A stretch of 13,515 bases of DNA from Candidatus Brocadiia bacterium (GTDB lineage Bacteria; Planctomycetota; Brocadiia; SM23-32), in the NCBI GenBank assembly GCA_046538485.1, contig JBKHIT010000091.1:1-13515 (forward strand), given 5' to 3'. Numbering within the stretch: position 1 is the stretch's first letter; each line of letters begins with the position of its first letter. Under the pieces are notes generated by a model, which was not told where the DNA came from, made no database searches, and saw only the letters and a program-made list of their open reading frames with translations. Positions 1 through 8,606 of this stretch are shown piece after piece. The position numbers and the translations under genes are program-made.

Positions 1-20
1 CGGCGCGGCAAGCTTGCGGC

Positions 21-146
21 GCTCGCCTCCGGCGAGGCGATCCGCCTCCTTCGGCTGCTTCCCAATGGTAACCCGGGGTTCGTTCGGCCAAACAACGGCC
101 TCATGTCGCCCCGGGCTACGTCTGCCACGCCCGCTCCGCGGGCTTA
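21..146. repeat. REP-like multi-hairpin element
   Basis: Three inverted repeats: TCGCCTC-cggc-GAGGCGA (~22-40); GTAACCCGGGG (68-78) / CCCCGGGCTAC (109-119), which reads GTAG+stem on the minus strand as in GTAG-family REPs; and GCCCGC-tcc-GCGGGC (129-143). Confidence 0.55.
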
Positions 147-339
147 CCGACAGCGCAAATTCCTTCTGTGAAACTCCCAGTCCAAAATTCCTCAAACGTG
201 TGGTATTGTGGTATACTTGAAAAGGAGTCGAAGTTGCATCTGTGGAAATGTGAACACCGATACGATCGGCCTAAGACCCCACCTGCACGATCTGAACCAC
301 CAAATATGTGATTATTCCGATGTTCTCCGGGAGAAATTG

Positions 340-2052
340 ATGATAGATACAGGCCCGACGCCTATTGTATCGAAAGAAAGCAAAAACGATCCGAAACTCC
401 GCTGGTTTGATGAAGCCCGGTTCGGCATGTTCGTGCATTTCGGGGTTTCCTCCATGCTCAAACGGGGCGAATGGGTGATGTACGATGAAAATATCCCGCG
501 CGATGAATACAAGAAGCTGATTCACAATTTCAACCCGCACAAGTTCGATGCCGAGAAATGGGTGGAAACCGCGGAAAATATGGGCGCGCGATATATCACA
601 ATCACCGCCAAACACCACGACGGATTCTGTCTGTTCGACTCACAATTGACGGATTTCAAGATTACGAACACCCCTTTCGGCCGAGACCTGATCGGGGAGC
701 TCGTGGAAGCGTGTCACGACCGCGATATGCGGATCATTTTCTACTATTCCCAGCCCGACTGGCATCACCCGAACTTTGTGCACAAAAAAGGCGCCTTTAA
801 GGACCTCGATTCGCCGCCGGCGGATCAAAAACCGGACTGGCGGAGCTACCAGCAATATTGCGAAGGGCAGGTCCGGGAACTCGTGACCCATTACGGCAAA
901 ATCGACGGGATCTGGTTCGACGGATCCCACAAGAGCGAACTGGCCTGGCAGGGGCGGAAACTTTACGACCTGATCAAGGAACACCAGCCCCACGCCGTGG
1001 TCAACGACCGGGGACGGTTCGGCGATTTCTACACGCCCGAACGGTCTTTGCCCGAGGACCTATCCGGGTATCTTTTCGAGGCCTGCGAGTCGATCGAGAC
1101 CGAGCACTGGGGGTATGCGCCCGATTCACCGCTTCACAACCCGGCCGTTCTGCTCGAATCGCTGATCCGCATGGCAGCGGCGGGCGGCAATTATCTCCTG
1201 AACGTCGGCCCGAAACCGGATGGCACCATCCCCGTGGAACAGGTCGAACGACTCGTCCCGATCGGGGAATGGCTCGGTCAACACGGCGAATCGATCTACG
1301 GCACCCGGGAATGTCCCATCGAAACCGGCAGCGAAGACCTGCTGGCGACCCGGAACGAGCGCACCATCTACCTCCACCTCCTGGAATGGCCCGAGACGAA
1401 CCGCATGCACGTGCCGGGAGTCCTGTCGGAACCGCCAGAGGCTGAAATGCTCGGGTCGGAATACCCGGTGATGACGCGTCTGGAGGAGACCGGCCTCACG
1501 CTTACGGAATTGCCGGAGACCGCATTGCTGTCGGGTCCGGCCACGATCGCACTGCGTTTTGATGAGGAACCTGATCTGCGCTGGCGGACCGAGGTCGCTC
1601 GAAGACAGTCGGTGATTCGTTTGCCGGGGAGCGGCACGGTTTTCCTGCCCGCAGCGGAGGCCGAATGCCGGGGGAAAGGCGTAAAAGGGGCCAAAATCCG
1701 ATGTCAGCGGGGAAATAGCGGTGATTACCTCGCCGGCTGGCAGACCCCGCAGCAGCAGGCCGTCTGGCGGGTGGATTGCCCGGAAGCGGGGCGTTACCGG
1801 GTGGTGGTTGCCATCGCCTGCGAGGATATTTATGCCGGTTCTCGGTACGTGGTACGATGCGGCCGAAGCGCAACGCGCGCAGTTGTTGAAGGGACAGGAG
1901 GGATGACGGATTTCGAGTGTCAGTTGGCAGGGGAGATTGAGATAGGGGAGGGCGAGCAGGAAGTGATGCTCCGTCCTGAATTCATGCCCTACGGCTATCT
2001 TTTCGCGAACGTGATGAGGTTGGAACTGATGCGGCTAGACACAAGCGGATAG
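340..2052 (+). CDS. Alpha-L-fucosidase (GH29) with a C-terminal beta-sandwich, CBM6/35-like domain
   Basis: GH29 motifs WFDEARFGMFVHFG, EWVM, TAKHHDGFCLF, IWFDG (nucleophile Asp), VVNDR and GGNYLLNVGP. The C-terminus (W..P.Q.AVW.V....AG.Y.V) looks like a CBM-type fold. ATG 340 is preferred over the track's start at 208 because GGAG lies about 8 nt upstream. No obvious signal peptide. Confidence 0.92.
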   Translation: MIDTGPTPIVSKESKNDPKLRWFDEARFGMFVHFGVSSMLKRGEWVMYDENIPRDEYKKLIHNFNPHKFDAEKWVETAENMGARYITITAKHHDGFCLFDSQLTDFKITNTPFGRDLIGELVEACHDRDMRIIFYYSQPDWHHPNFVHKKGAFKDLDSPPADQKPDWRSYQQYCEGQVRELVTHYGKIDGIWFDGSHKSELAWQGRKLYDLIKEHQPHAVVNDRGRFGDFYTPERSLPEDLSGYLFEACESIETEHWGYAPDSPLHNPAVLLESLIRMAAAGGNYLLNVGPKPDGTIPVEQVERLVPIGEWLGQHGESIYGTRECPIETGSEDLLATRNERTIYLHLLEWPETNRMHVPGVLSEPPEAEMLGSEYPVMTRLEETGLTLTELPETALLSGPATIALRFDEEPDLRWRTEVARRQSVIRLPGSGTVFLPAAEAECRGKGVKGAKIRCQRGNSGDYLAGWQTPQQQAVWRVDCPEAGRYRVVVAIACEDIYAGSRYVVRCGRSATRAVVEGTGGMTDFECQLAGEIEIGEGEQEVMLRPEFMPYGYLFANVMRLELMRLDTSG

Positions 2053-2240
2053 CCGCCGGTGTTATGTAGCACAGGCTCTCCAGCTCGCACTGAGTTGTTA
2101 GTTGATAGTGAACTGATCACCGGTGTGGGGTGCGAAGCCATCGAAAGATAGTTTGACGTCTACGGAAGGGGACCAATCAGCGAGATCAAACGATGAACAT
2201 GACAGGGAAGTTAACATTGCGAAAAGTCTGTTCGGTCAGG

Positions 2241-2269
2241 TTGACAAACGTGATGTATGGCGGTACATT
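2241..2269 (+). promoter_or_regulatory. Sigma70-type promoter of NYN unit copy 1
   Basis: TTGACA (2241-2246), 17-nt spacer, TACATT (2264-2269). Copy 2 keeps TTGACA-17-TAAGTT (12406-12434). Confidence 0.65.
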
Positions 2270-2298
2270 GTATGTGTTGGATAAAGATAGTATTTGCT

Positions 2299-2342
2299 CC
2301 CCGTCGGATCAGCCAAACGGCCTCCGGCGGGGTTTTGTTTTT
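2299..2342 (+). terminator. Intrinsic terminator-like hairpin in the NYN leader (candidate leader sRNA or attenuator)
   Basis: CCCCGTCGGA (2299-2308) pairs with TCCGGCGGGG (2323-2332) and is followed by TTTTGTTTTT, ending 13 nt before the ATG. Identical in copy 2 (12464-12507). Confidence 0.6.
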
Positions 2343-2355
2343 AGGGAACGATGCA

Positions 2356-2982
2356 ATGCCACCAGAGCCGAATGAGAAGGAAGCAATTGCCTTCATTGAT
2401 GGTCAGAACCTTTTCCATTCCGCCAAAGAAGCTTTCGGCCATAGTTATCCCAATTACGCCCCGAAGAAATTGGCCGAAAAAGTATGTGAAATTCAGGGTT
2501 GGGAGTTGACCGATATTCACTTTTATACTGGTATACCCGATGTGGAAGATGACGCTTTCTGGCACCATTTTTGGACTGCTAAATTAGGGGCAATGGGAAC
2601 GCGGGGCATCATCACATATTCACGGCATTTGCGATACCGTAATCAAAAGGTTCCCAGCTCTGACGGTACCCCGAAAACCGTTCTTGTCGGTCAAGAAAAG
2701 GGAATCGACATACGTATTGCCCTGGACGTCGTCCGTTTGGCTCGACGGAAGGCGTACGATGTTGCCCTGATTTTTAGTCAGGATCAGGATCTGTCGGAAG
2801 TAGCGGACGAAGTTAAACAGATTTCCATGGATCAGGGGCGGTGGATTAAGGTTGCCTGTGCATTTCCATGCAGCCCGACTTCACGTAATACTCGTGGAAC
2901 AAATCGAACGGATTGGATTAAAATCAGTAGAGACGTTTATGATGCCTGTCTTGATCCAACCGATTATCGCCAAAAGAAATAA
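2356..2982 (+). CDS. NYN-domain (LabA/DUF88, PIN-like) putative RNase, 208 aa
   Basis: Acidic motifs AFIDGQNL, FYTG, QEKGIDIRIALD and LIFSQDQDL. ATG 2356 (MPPEP) follows AGGGA. The track's longer start at 2257 runs through the promoter and terminator. Confidence 0.9.
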   Translation: MPPEPNEKEAIAFIDGQNLFHSAKEAFGHSYPNYAPKKLAEKVCEIQGWELTDIHFYTGIPDVEDDAFWHHFWTAKLGAMGTRGIITYSRHLRYRNQKVPSSDGTPKTVLVGQEKGIDIRIALDVVRLARRKAYDVALIFSQDQDLSEVADEVKQISMDQGRWIKVACAFPCSPTSRNTRGTNRTDWIKISRDVYDACLDPTDYRQKK

Positions 2983-3005
2983 TAGTTGCCTGTTTCCCAT
3001 GCTAC

Positions 3006-3122
3006 GGACCGCTGAAGCGGAAGCGGTCCACTACGAGCACGTTTCAGTGATTTGCATGTTCCCGGAGTTAACGCAAGCCCCGAAACCAGCGTCAGGGTCG
3101 TAGTGAGCCCCTTCAAGGGCTC
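3006..3122. repeat. REP-like palindromic element downstream of NYN
   Basis: Inverted repeats GGACCGCT/AGCGGTCC (3006-3029), CACTACGA/TCGTAGTG (3029-3105) and GAGCCC-cttcaa-GGGCTC (3105-3122). Confidence 0.45.
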
Positions 3123-3123
3123 G

Positions 3124-3724
3124 GCCGTTTGCCGTTTAATCCGCGCAATCCGTGCAATCTGTGGACCAAAAAGTCGTTAGTGAACCGGTCACCGATCACC
3201 CGCCGTCTGCCGTTCGTCGTGTTCCTCCCGTGTCACTCAACTCAGAACTGTCGTTATTCGCCGGTCGTTATTCCAGCAACCAGCAACTAACAACCAGCAA
3301 CTTGCCGTCCCCTCTGCGTCTCAGCGCCTCCGCGGGAAAACCCGTCGTTACGCCGTTTAACCTGCCCGTCACTCTTCGCGCCCTTCGTGGTGAGAAGTCG
3401 TTGTTGGTTTTTGGTTACTGGTTTCTGGTTACTGGTGAACGGATAACGAACTGGAGCTGGTGACAGATCCCCGCGGAGGGTGGCTCAGCTTCCAAACTTC
3501 GTAGTTTCTAAACTTCGTAATTTCCCAGCTTCTTGCCGTTTCCCATCTTCCTATCTGCCCTCTGACCTCTGACCTCTGATCTCTGTCCTCTGTCCGTCCC
3601 GCCGTTGCTGGTGCGCCGTTATGCCGTAATGTCGTCGCTGACGTCTGCCCTCTGACCTCTGATCTCTGTCGTTTGCCGTCGCTGACGTCTGACCTCTGAC
3701 CTCTGATCTCTGTCGTCTGCCGTT
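3124..3724 (+). repeat. Mosaic short-tandem-repeat array A (GCCGTY-punctuated)
   Basis: Modules AATCCGYGC, ACCGATC, CCAGCAA, CTCTGCGY, CTTCGYG, TGGTTWC (inverted), AAACTTCGTA and TCTGACC. I count 12 GCCGT on + (3124, 3131, 3202, 3209, 3304, 3352, 3535, 3601, 3615, 3623, 3675, 3719) and none on -. Confidence 0.9.
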
Positions 3725-3729
3725 CGGAT

Positions 3730-3787
3730 TTGATAATGGGAATTACATCGGATACACTCATGTCAATTAATCACAGTATCTTATGAG
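3730..3787 (+). promoter_or_regulatory. Promoter and degenerate operator of abiE operon copy 1
   Basis: TTGATA (3730-3735), 17 nt, TACACT (3753-3758). CTCAT...ATGAG (3757-3787) aligns without gaps to the perfect inverted repeat upstream of copy 2. Confidence 0.55.
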
Positions 3788-3795
3788 ATAATGAC

Positions 3796-4443
3796 ATGTT
3801 TTTCCAGGAGCTGGTCCAGTATTTTGCCGACAGGCCCTTTTTTGAGCTGAAGGAACTGCGCGAGGTGGCGAGGACTTCGGAGAGTCAGCTGGCCAATCAA
3901 TTGTCGCAGTGGACGCAGCAGGGAAAAGTCCTCCGCCTGCGACGCGGCAAGTATCTGCTGAGGGTTCCCTACAGAAAATTTACCCCATCGACCTATTACG
4001 TTGCCAACTATCTCTATCGCCCCTCGTACGTCAGCCTTTCGACGGCCCTGCAGCACTACGGTCTTATCCCGGAAGCGGTGGCCATGACACAGTCTGTTAC
4101 CCCGCGTCACGGGCGGGAATGGACCACCGATCTGGGGCCGTTCTCCTACCGGTCGATCAAGCGCGAGCGGTTCTGGGGATACCGGGAGGAGGTTTTGGAC
4201 AGACTTCCGGCGCAAAACCGTTTTATGATCGCCCGGCCGGAGAAAGCACTCCTGGATCTGATCTACCTCCAAAAAGGAGAATGGACGCGCGAGCGGCTCA
4301 GAGAGATGCGGTTTCAGTCCATTGAAAGCCTGGATCCCGGGCGATTGCAGCAATATGCTGAACGATTCGACAGCCCCAAAGTCAGTCGCGCAACGGATCG
4401 TTTTTTAGAACTTTACTGGGGGGAGTTTACCGGTGAAAGATGA
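3796..4443 (+). CDS. abiEi: AbiEi-like type IV TA antitoxin / winged-helix regulator (copy 1)
   Basis: N-terminal wHTH (LSQWTQQGKVLRLRRGKYL), PSYVSLSTALQHYGLIPE and IARPEKALLDLIY motifs. Overlaps the downstream nucleotidyltransferase start. Confidence 0.88.
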   Translation: MFFQELVQYFADRPFFELKELREVARTSESQLANQLSQWTQQGKVLRLRRGKYLLRVPYRKFTPSTYYVANYLYRPSYVSLSTALQHYGLIPEAVAMTQSVTPRHGREWTTDLGPFSYRSIKRERFWGYREEVLDRLPAQNRFMIARPEKALLDLIYLQKGEWTRERLREMRFQSIESLDPGRLQQYAERFDSPKVSRATDRFLELYWGEFTGER

Positions 4444-5242
4444 AGCTTTACAGATCGTGGCCGAGGTGTCGACCGACCAGGGTAAACTGAATCATCTGCG
4501 CGAATACCTGCAAAACGCCATTCTGCGGGAGATGTTCGAACTCGACTGGCTGTCGGAACTGGTTTTTCACGGTGGCACCGCACTGCGCATGCTGCATGGG
4601 TTGCGGAGATTTTCGGAGGATCTGGATTTCCATTTTCGGGAGCCCGTCCGGGATTACTCGGTCGAATCGGAATTGAAGGACCTTCGTCGCCGGCTTGAGC
4701 TCAATGGTTATGACATCGAGTGTAGCCCGCTTTCCGGGGGGGCTGTGTGCAGCAGTTTTGTGAAATTCGGGGGCGGTTTGCTTTATGAGGCGGGTATCAG
4801 CCCACATGAAGACCAGAAGCTTCGGATAAAGCTGGAGATCGATACCAATCCGCCTGCCGGGTTTGGCACCGATACATCGCTGTTGGATCAGTATTTCCCC
4901 ATCGCCGTGACTCATCACGACAGGGAAACGTTTGTTGCCGGGAAATGTCACGCTATCTTGCAGCGGGAATGGTGCAAGGGCAGAGACCTGTTCGACCTGT
5001 TGTTTTATCTGACCCGGTGGGAGGGGGTTGAGCCCAATTTCGGGTATCTCCGAAACGCGCTGGAGCAGACAGGGTATGAGGGAAGCGCCATAGATGCGGG
5101 CAATTGGAAAGATAAAATCCGGACGAGAGTCGAGGAGCTTGACTGGTCGAGCGTTCAGGAGGACATCAGGCCGTTTTTGCTGGACCCGGCGGACATGAAA
5201 GCGTTCAGGAAAGAGTTTTTGGTCAGCAAGTTGACTGAATGA
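4433..5242 (+). CDS. abiEii: AbiEii/AbiGii nucleotidyltransferase toxin (copy 1, intact)
   Basis: FHGGTALRMLHGLRRFSEDLDF, IKLEID and K..AIL.R...KGRDLFDL motifs. GTG start overlaps the abiEi 3' end. Confidence 0.92.
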   Translation: MKDEALQIVAEVSTDQGKLNHLREYLQNAILREMFELDWLSELVFHGGTALRMLHGLRRFSEDLDFHFREPVRDYSVESELKDLRRRLELNGYDIECSPLSGGAVCSSFVKFGGGLLYEAGISPHEDQKLRIKLEIDTNPPAGFGTDTSLLDQYFPIAVTHHDRETFVAGKCHAILQREWCKGRDLFDLLFYLTRWEGVEPNFGYLRNALEQTGYEGSAIDAGNWKDKIRTRVEELDWSSVQEDIRPFLLDPADMKAFRKEFLVSKLTE

Positions 5243-5289
5243 TTGTTGAACAGACTAAAGAACTCGCCCGATTTTTATTTTGCGGCCGC

Positions 5290-5945
5290 TCCAGAAGTCC
5301 CTAAAGTCCCCTGGGTCTCTTTCGTTCCTTTCCACGCTCTTGCGCCCGCCCTGCATCCCGTCGTTAAAAAGATCGCAATCCTGATCGTGATCGCAGTCGT
5401 AATCGCCCGTTAAATCCGTCAATCCGTGGGGCGCTGGATGTTCGATCTTCAAGGTTCAAAGTTCAAGATTCAAAGTCCTCAGTTGCAGTTCCGTGTCGTT
5501 TTGCCGTTAAATCCGTCGCCGTCGCTGACCTCTGACGTCTGACCTCTGCCGTTTGCTGCGAAACGGAATACTCTGCGTGCCGGACAATCGTAACAGTACC
5601 GTCTCGTGGATGAACCCCGCCGGCGCGAGCCGGCTATGGAGTGCGGCGATTCTTCGCCGCTTTGCCGTTATTTTTCGTCGTTTTGCCGTTTTCCGTTGCC
5701 GTCGCTGACCTCTGATCTCTGACCAACCGATCACCGATCACTGATCACCGTTTGTCGCAGCCGTCTGCCTTAGAACTTAGAACTCGGAACTTAGAACTTG
5801 ACAACTCCAGTCCCTTATTACCTCACCAGCTCCAGTTTGTTATCCGTTCACCAGCAACTTTGTCGTCCGTACGCCGTTTGCTGTTTGCACCCCGCTGCAA
5901 TACTTCCGTAAAATCTGCCGTTTATTCGTTGGGATTTTCCCGTAC
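5290..5945 (+). repeat. Mosaic short-tandem-repeat array B
   Basis: Modules AAGTCCC, hexamer ATCGTR (5371-5405), AATCCGT, TTCAARG (5441-5476), TCTGACC, ACCGATC and AGAACTT (5770-5800), plus a REP-like TGGAGTGCGGCGAttctTCGCCGCTTT (5637-5663). Separated by GCCGTY/GTCGTY. Confidence 0.9.
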
Positions 5946-6028
5946 CATCGGCATCTCCACTCCGATGGACGCTCTTCCGGCGGGCTGCACGCAGAATGCG
6001 CATCCTTCTCTCCACGCGAAAATCGTAG

Positions 6029-6056
6029 TTGACACTGAGACGACTCAGTGTAAAAT
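6029..6056 (+). promoter_or_regulatory. Promoter with palindromic operator; probably a leaderless transcript
   Basis: TTGACA (6029-6034), 16 nt, TAAAAT (6051-6056). Palindrome ACACTGAG-acga-CTCAGTGT (6032-6051). The ATG is only 6 nt after the -10 box and has no SD. Confidence 0.6.
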
Positions 6057-6062
6057 ACACTT

Positions 6063-7208
6063 ATGATTCAGCGAACTCATTGGATACAAAAAATACAGGA
6101 ACTCTGGCAGCAGCGGAGCATCGTCTGGCTGTCGGGGGTGCGACGTGTGGGGAAAACTGTTTTATGTGGTCAGATTGAGGAGGGCAGATACTTCAACTGT
6201 GATCTTCCCTCAACGCAGCGACAGATGGCCGATCCGGAGTTTTTTCTCTCTCAGCAACCTGACGATGCCACCATTATCCTGGACGAGGTGCATCGGTTGG
6301 ACGAACCCACCGTATTGTTGAAGATCGGGGCCGATGTTTTTCCTGATATGAAATTCCTGGCCACTGGATCCTCCACGCTGGCGGCCACCGAAAAGTTTCG
6401 GGACACCCTCACGGGACGCAAATTTTCGGTGCATCTGTTCCCGGTGCTGTGGCGGGAATGCCTGGGCAATTTTGGTGTTCGTGATTTTGATTACCGGTTG
6501 ATCCGGGGAGGTTTTCCCGAGAGGTTGCTGAACGCCGATCTGGGGCCGAGTTATTTTGAAGAGTGGCTGGACAGTTTTTTTTCGCGGGACATTTCCGAGC
6601 TCTTTGGTGTTCGAAACCGCACCGGGTTCATCGCTCTGTTCAAATTACTGTGTCTGCGCAGCGGGGGGCAGCTGGACATCACCGATCTGGCGTCGGAGGC
6701 GGAGATCAGTCGTCCGACCGTGCATTCGTATCTGGATGCGATGGAGATCAGCAATGCCATCGTCCGAATCCCGCCGTTTCACGGTGGAGGCCACCGCGAG
6801 ATTACGCGCCAGCGGCGTGTGTATGCGTTTGATACCGGGATCGTCGCGCATGTGCGGGGATGGGATTCGATCCGGGAGAGTGATCGGGGGCATCTGTGGG
6901 AACACATGGTCCTGGATGAACTGAGGGACCATTTTGCATCGTCTTGTTTGCATTACTGGCGCGACAAAAGTAAGCGCGAGGTGGACTTTGTCATTGATCG
7001 AACCGAAGGTGCGGTGGATACCGTCGAGGCGAAGGTCAATCCGGATGCGTTCAATGTTAAATCGCTGACCGTATTCCGGGAACATTATCCAGAGGGGAAA
7101 AACGTGCTGATGTGTCCCTTCGTCGATGCGCCGTATGCGATACGCCGGGGTGGGCAGGAGATCACCATCTGTAGCACTCAGCATATCGAAGAGGTCTTTC
7201 AACAGTAG
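6063..7208 (+). CDS. AAA_14 ATPase with DUF4143 C-terminal PD-(D/E)xK-like domain
   Basis: Walker A GVRRVGKT, Walker B IILDEVH, ATGSS, LTGR, GGFPE, YAFDTG, GHLWE and HYWRDKSKREVDFVI...VEAK. Confidence 0.9.
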   Translation: MIQRTHWIQKIQELWQQRSIVWLSGVRRVGKTVLCGQIEEGRYFNCDLPSTQRQMADPEFFLSQQPDDATIILDEVHRLDEPTVLLKIGADVFPDMKFLATGSSTLAATEKFRDTLTGRKFSVHLFPVLWRECLGNFGVRDFDYRLIRGGFPERLLNADLGPSYFEEWLDSFFSRDISELFGVRNRTGFIALFKLLCLRSGGQLDITDLASEAEISRPTVHSYLDAMEISNAIVRIPPFHGGGHREITRQRRVYAFDTGIVAHVRGWDSIRESDRGHLWEHMVLDELRDHFASSCLHYWRDKSKREVDFVIDRTEGAVDTVEAKVNPDAFNVKSLTVFREHYPEGKNVLMCPFVDAPYAIRRGGQEITICSTQHIEEVFQQ

Positions 7209-7245
7209 AGCCGACAGTTTCAGATGTCGCTCCCACAATAAAATC

Positions 7246-7356
7246 GGCCGTTAAATCCGTTAATCTGTTGCCGTTTATCTTTGTCGTAGACTTCGTCGCG
7301 GACTTTGTCGTCCGTTTTCCGTACGCCGTTAATACTTCGATGTTGGGCGCTGGAAC
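7246..7356 (+). repeat. Mosaic repeat array C
   Basis: GCCGTTAAATCCGTTAATC, a 12-nt-period CTTYGTCG module (7279-7311) and TTCGATGTTGGGCGCTGGA, with the same punctuation motif. Confidence 0.8.
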
Positions 7357-7360
7357 GTGT

Positions 7361-7416
7361 TTGACAATTCCCCCGCGTTAGGTAGGTTCATATCTATAAA
7401 TCACAAATAGATATGA
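7361..7416 (+). promoter_or_regulatory. Promoter and perfect inverted-repeat operator of abiE operon copy 2
   Basis: TTGACA (7361-7366) and TAGGTT (7383-7388). TCATATCTAT (7388-7397)-9 nt-ATAGATATGA (7407-7416). AbiEi proteins are known to autorepress through promoter inverted repeats. Confidence 0.7.
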
Positions 7417-7425
7417 GTAAGTGAC

Positions 7426-8073
7426 ATGAAATTCCAGGAATTGGTCGATCATTTTCGGACCGCTCCGTTTTTTGAGCTGGAGGAAGTCCGGGCGCTGGCC
7501 ACCTGTTCGGACAGTCAGCTGGCCAACCAGCTGTCTCAGTGGGTGCAGCAGGGGAAATTAATGCGGTGTCGGTCGGGGAAATACCTGCTGGAAGACCGTT
7601 ACCGAACCTTCACGCCATCGACTTATTATGTGGCCAACTACCTTTATCGCCCGTCATATGTGAGCCTCACCACGGCGTTTCAGTTCTATGGTCTGATTCC
7701 CGAAGCGGTGGGGTTGGTTCAGTCCGTGACCCCGCGGCAGGGTCGCGAATGGTCGACGGAGCTGGCGGATTTCAGCTATCGGTCGATCAAGCGTGCGCGT
7801 TTCTGGGGATACCACCGGGAGACCCTCGACGCGTTACCGGCTCAGAATCGATTTCTCATTGCCGACCCGGAGAAGTCGTTGCTGGATCTGTTCTATCTCC
7901 AGACCGGTGAATGGACCCGAGGTCGGCTGTCCGCCATGCGCTTTCAGTCGCTGGAGAAGTTTGACCCCGACAGATTGCGACGGTATTCGGAGCGGTTTGA
8001 AAGCCCCAAAGTCAGTCGCGCAGCGGATCGTTTTTTGGAACTTTACTCCGGAGAGTTGACCGGTGAAAGATGA
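7426..8073 (+). CDS. abiEi: AbiEi-like antitoxin (copy 2)
   Basis: 215 aa and colinear with 3796-4443 (FTPSTYYVANYLYRPSYVSL, YGLIPEAV, PEK.LLDL.YLQ). Confidence 0.88.
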   Translation: MKFQELVDHFRTAPFFELEEVRALATCSDSQLANQLSQWVQQGKLMRCRSGKYLLEDRYRTFTPSTYYVANYLYRPSYVSLTTAFQFYGLIPEAVGLVQSVTPRQGREWSTELADFSYRSIKRARFWGYHRETLDALPAQNRFLIADPEKSLLDLFYLQTGEWTRGRLSAMRFQSLEKFDPDRLRRYSERFESPKVSRAADRFLELYSGELTGER

Positions 8074-8299
8074 AGCTTTACAGATTGTGGCCGACGTGCC
8101 GACCGACCAGGGTAAACTGAATCACCTGCGGGAATACCTGCAGCACGCCATTCTGCGTGAGATGTTTGAACTCGACTGGCTGTCGGAACTGGTTTTTCAC
8201 GGTGGCACCGCACTGCGAATGCTGCACGGGTTGCGGAGATTCTCGGAGGATCTGAAGGTTTTCAAAAAAGAGTTACTGGAGTCCGCACTGAGAGAATAA
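8063..8299 (+). pseudogene. abiEii: AbiEii toxin copy 2 with a 573-bp in-frame internal deletion (78 aa)
   Basis: The first 64 aa are nearly identical to copy 1 up to RFSEDL. The sequence then jumps to KVFKKELLESALRE, homologous to copy 1's last 14 aa KAFRKEFLVSKLTE. Confidence 0.88.
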
Positions 8300-8304
8300 A
8301 ACCT

Positions 8305-8606
8305 CACCGTCGTCCGCCCACCGTTTTCCGTTGTCCTCTTTGTCGCTAACTTCGTCGCGCACTTTGTCGTCCGTTCGCTGTTCGCTCTTGCCGTCCCGCC
8401 GTTAAAACTCGTAATCATAGTCGTGATCCCAGTCGTAATCGGTCGTTCGCTGTACGCCGTCGCTGGCCTCTGATCACTGATGACGGGTCACCGATCACCA
8501 GTCCTTTGCCGTCCCGCGTTATTCGTTTCTCGCATCTCGTTATTCGTTGCTCGTCGTTCGCTGTTGCCGTCCCCCGCGCCTCTGCGTCTCTGCGGGATAT
8601 TGCCGT
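8305..8606 (+). repeat. Mosaic repeat array D
   Basis: CTTYGTCG 12-mer, RTCGTR hexamer, ACCGATC, TCGTTAT and CTCTGCGT modules. 8352-8499 repeats at 9720-9855, and 8566-8598 is identical to 9902-9934. Confidence 0.9.

Larger units (their letters stand above)
2127..2995 (+). repeat. Long direct repeat: NYN unit copy 1 (partner 12292-12821)
   Basis: Aligns from GGGGTG(C/T)GAAGC(C/G)ATCGAAAGATAGTTTGACGTC to AAGAAATAA(T/C)AGTTGCCTGTTT. Offset is 10165 before the 339-bp deletion in copy 2. Confidence 0.95.

Noticed and set aside
208..339. 44-aa N-terminal extension of the fucosidase
   Set aside because: It has no signal-peptide or domain character, and ATG 340 has a better SD.
2193..2375. 60-aa ORF conserved in both NYN units (also 12358-12540)
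   Set aside because: It spans the promoter and terminator, and its conservation is explained by the recent duplication. A leader peptide cannot be fully excluded.
3152..6066. ORFs 3152-3463, 3429-3761, 5255-5452, 5507-5734, 5752-6066 and 5848-6060
   Set aside because: These are mostly low-complexity translations of the repeat arrays (e.g. RGQRSEV, DYDCDHD) with no recognisable domain.
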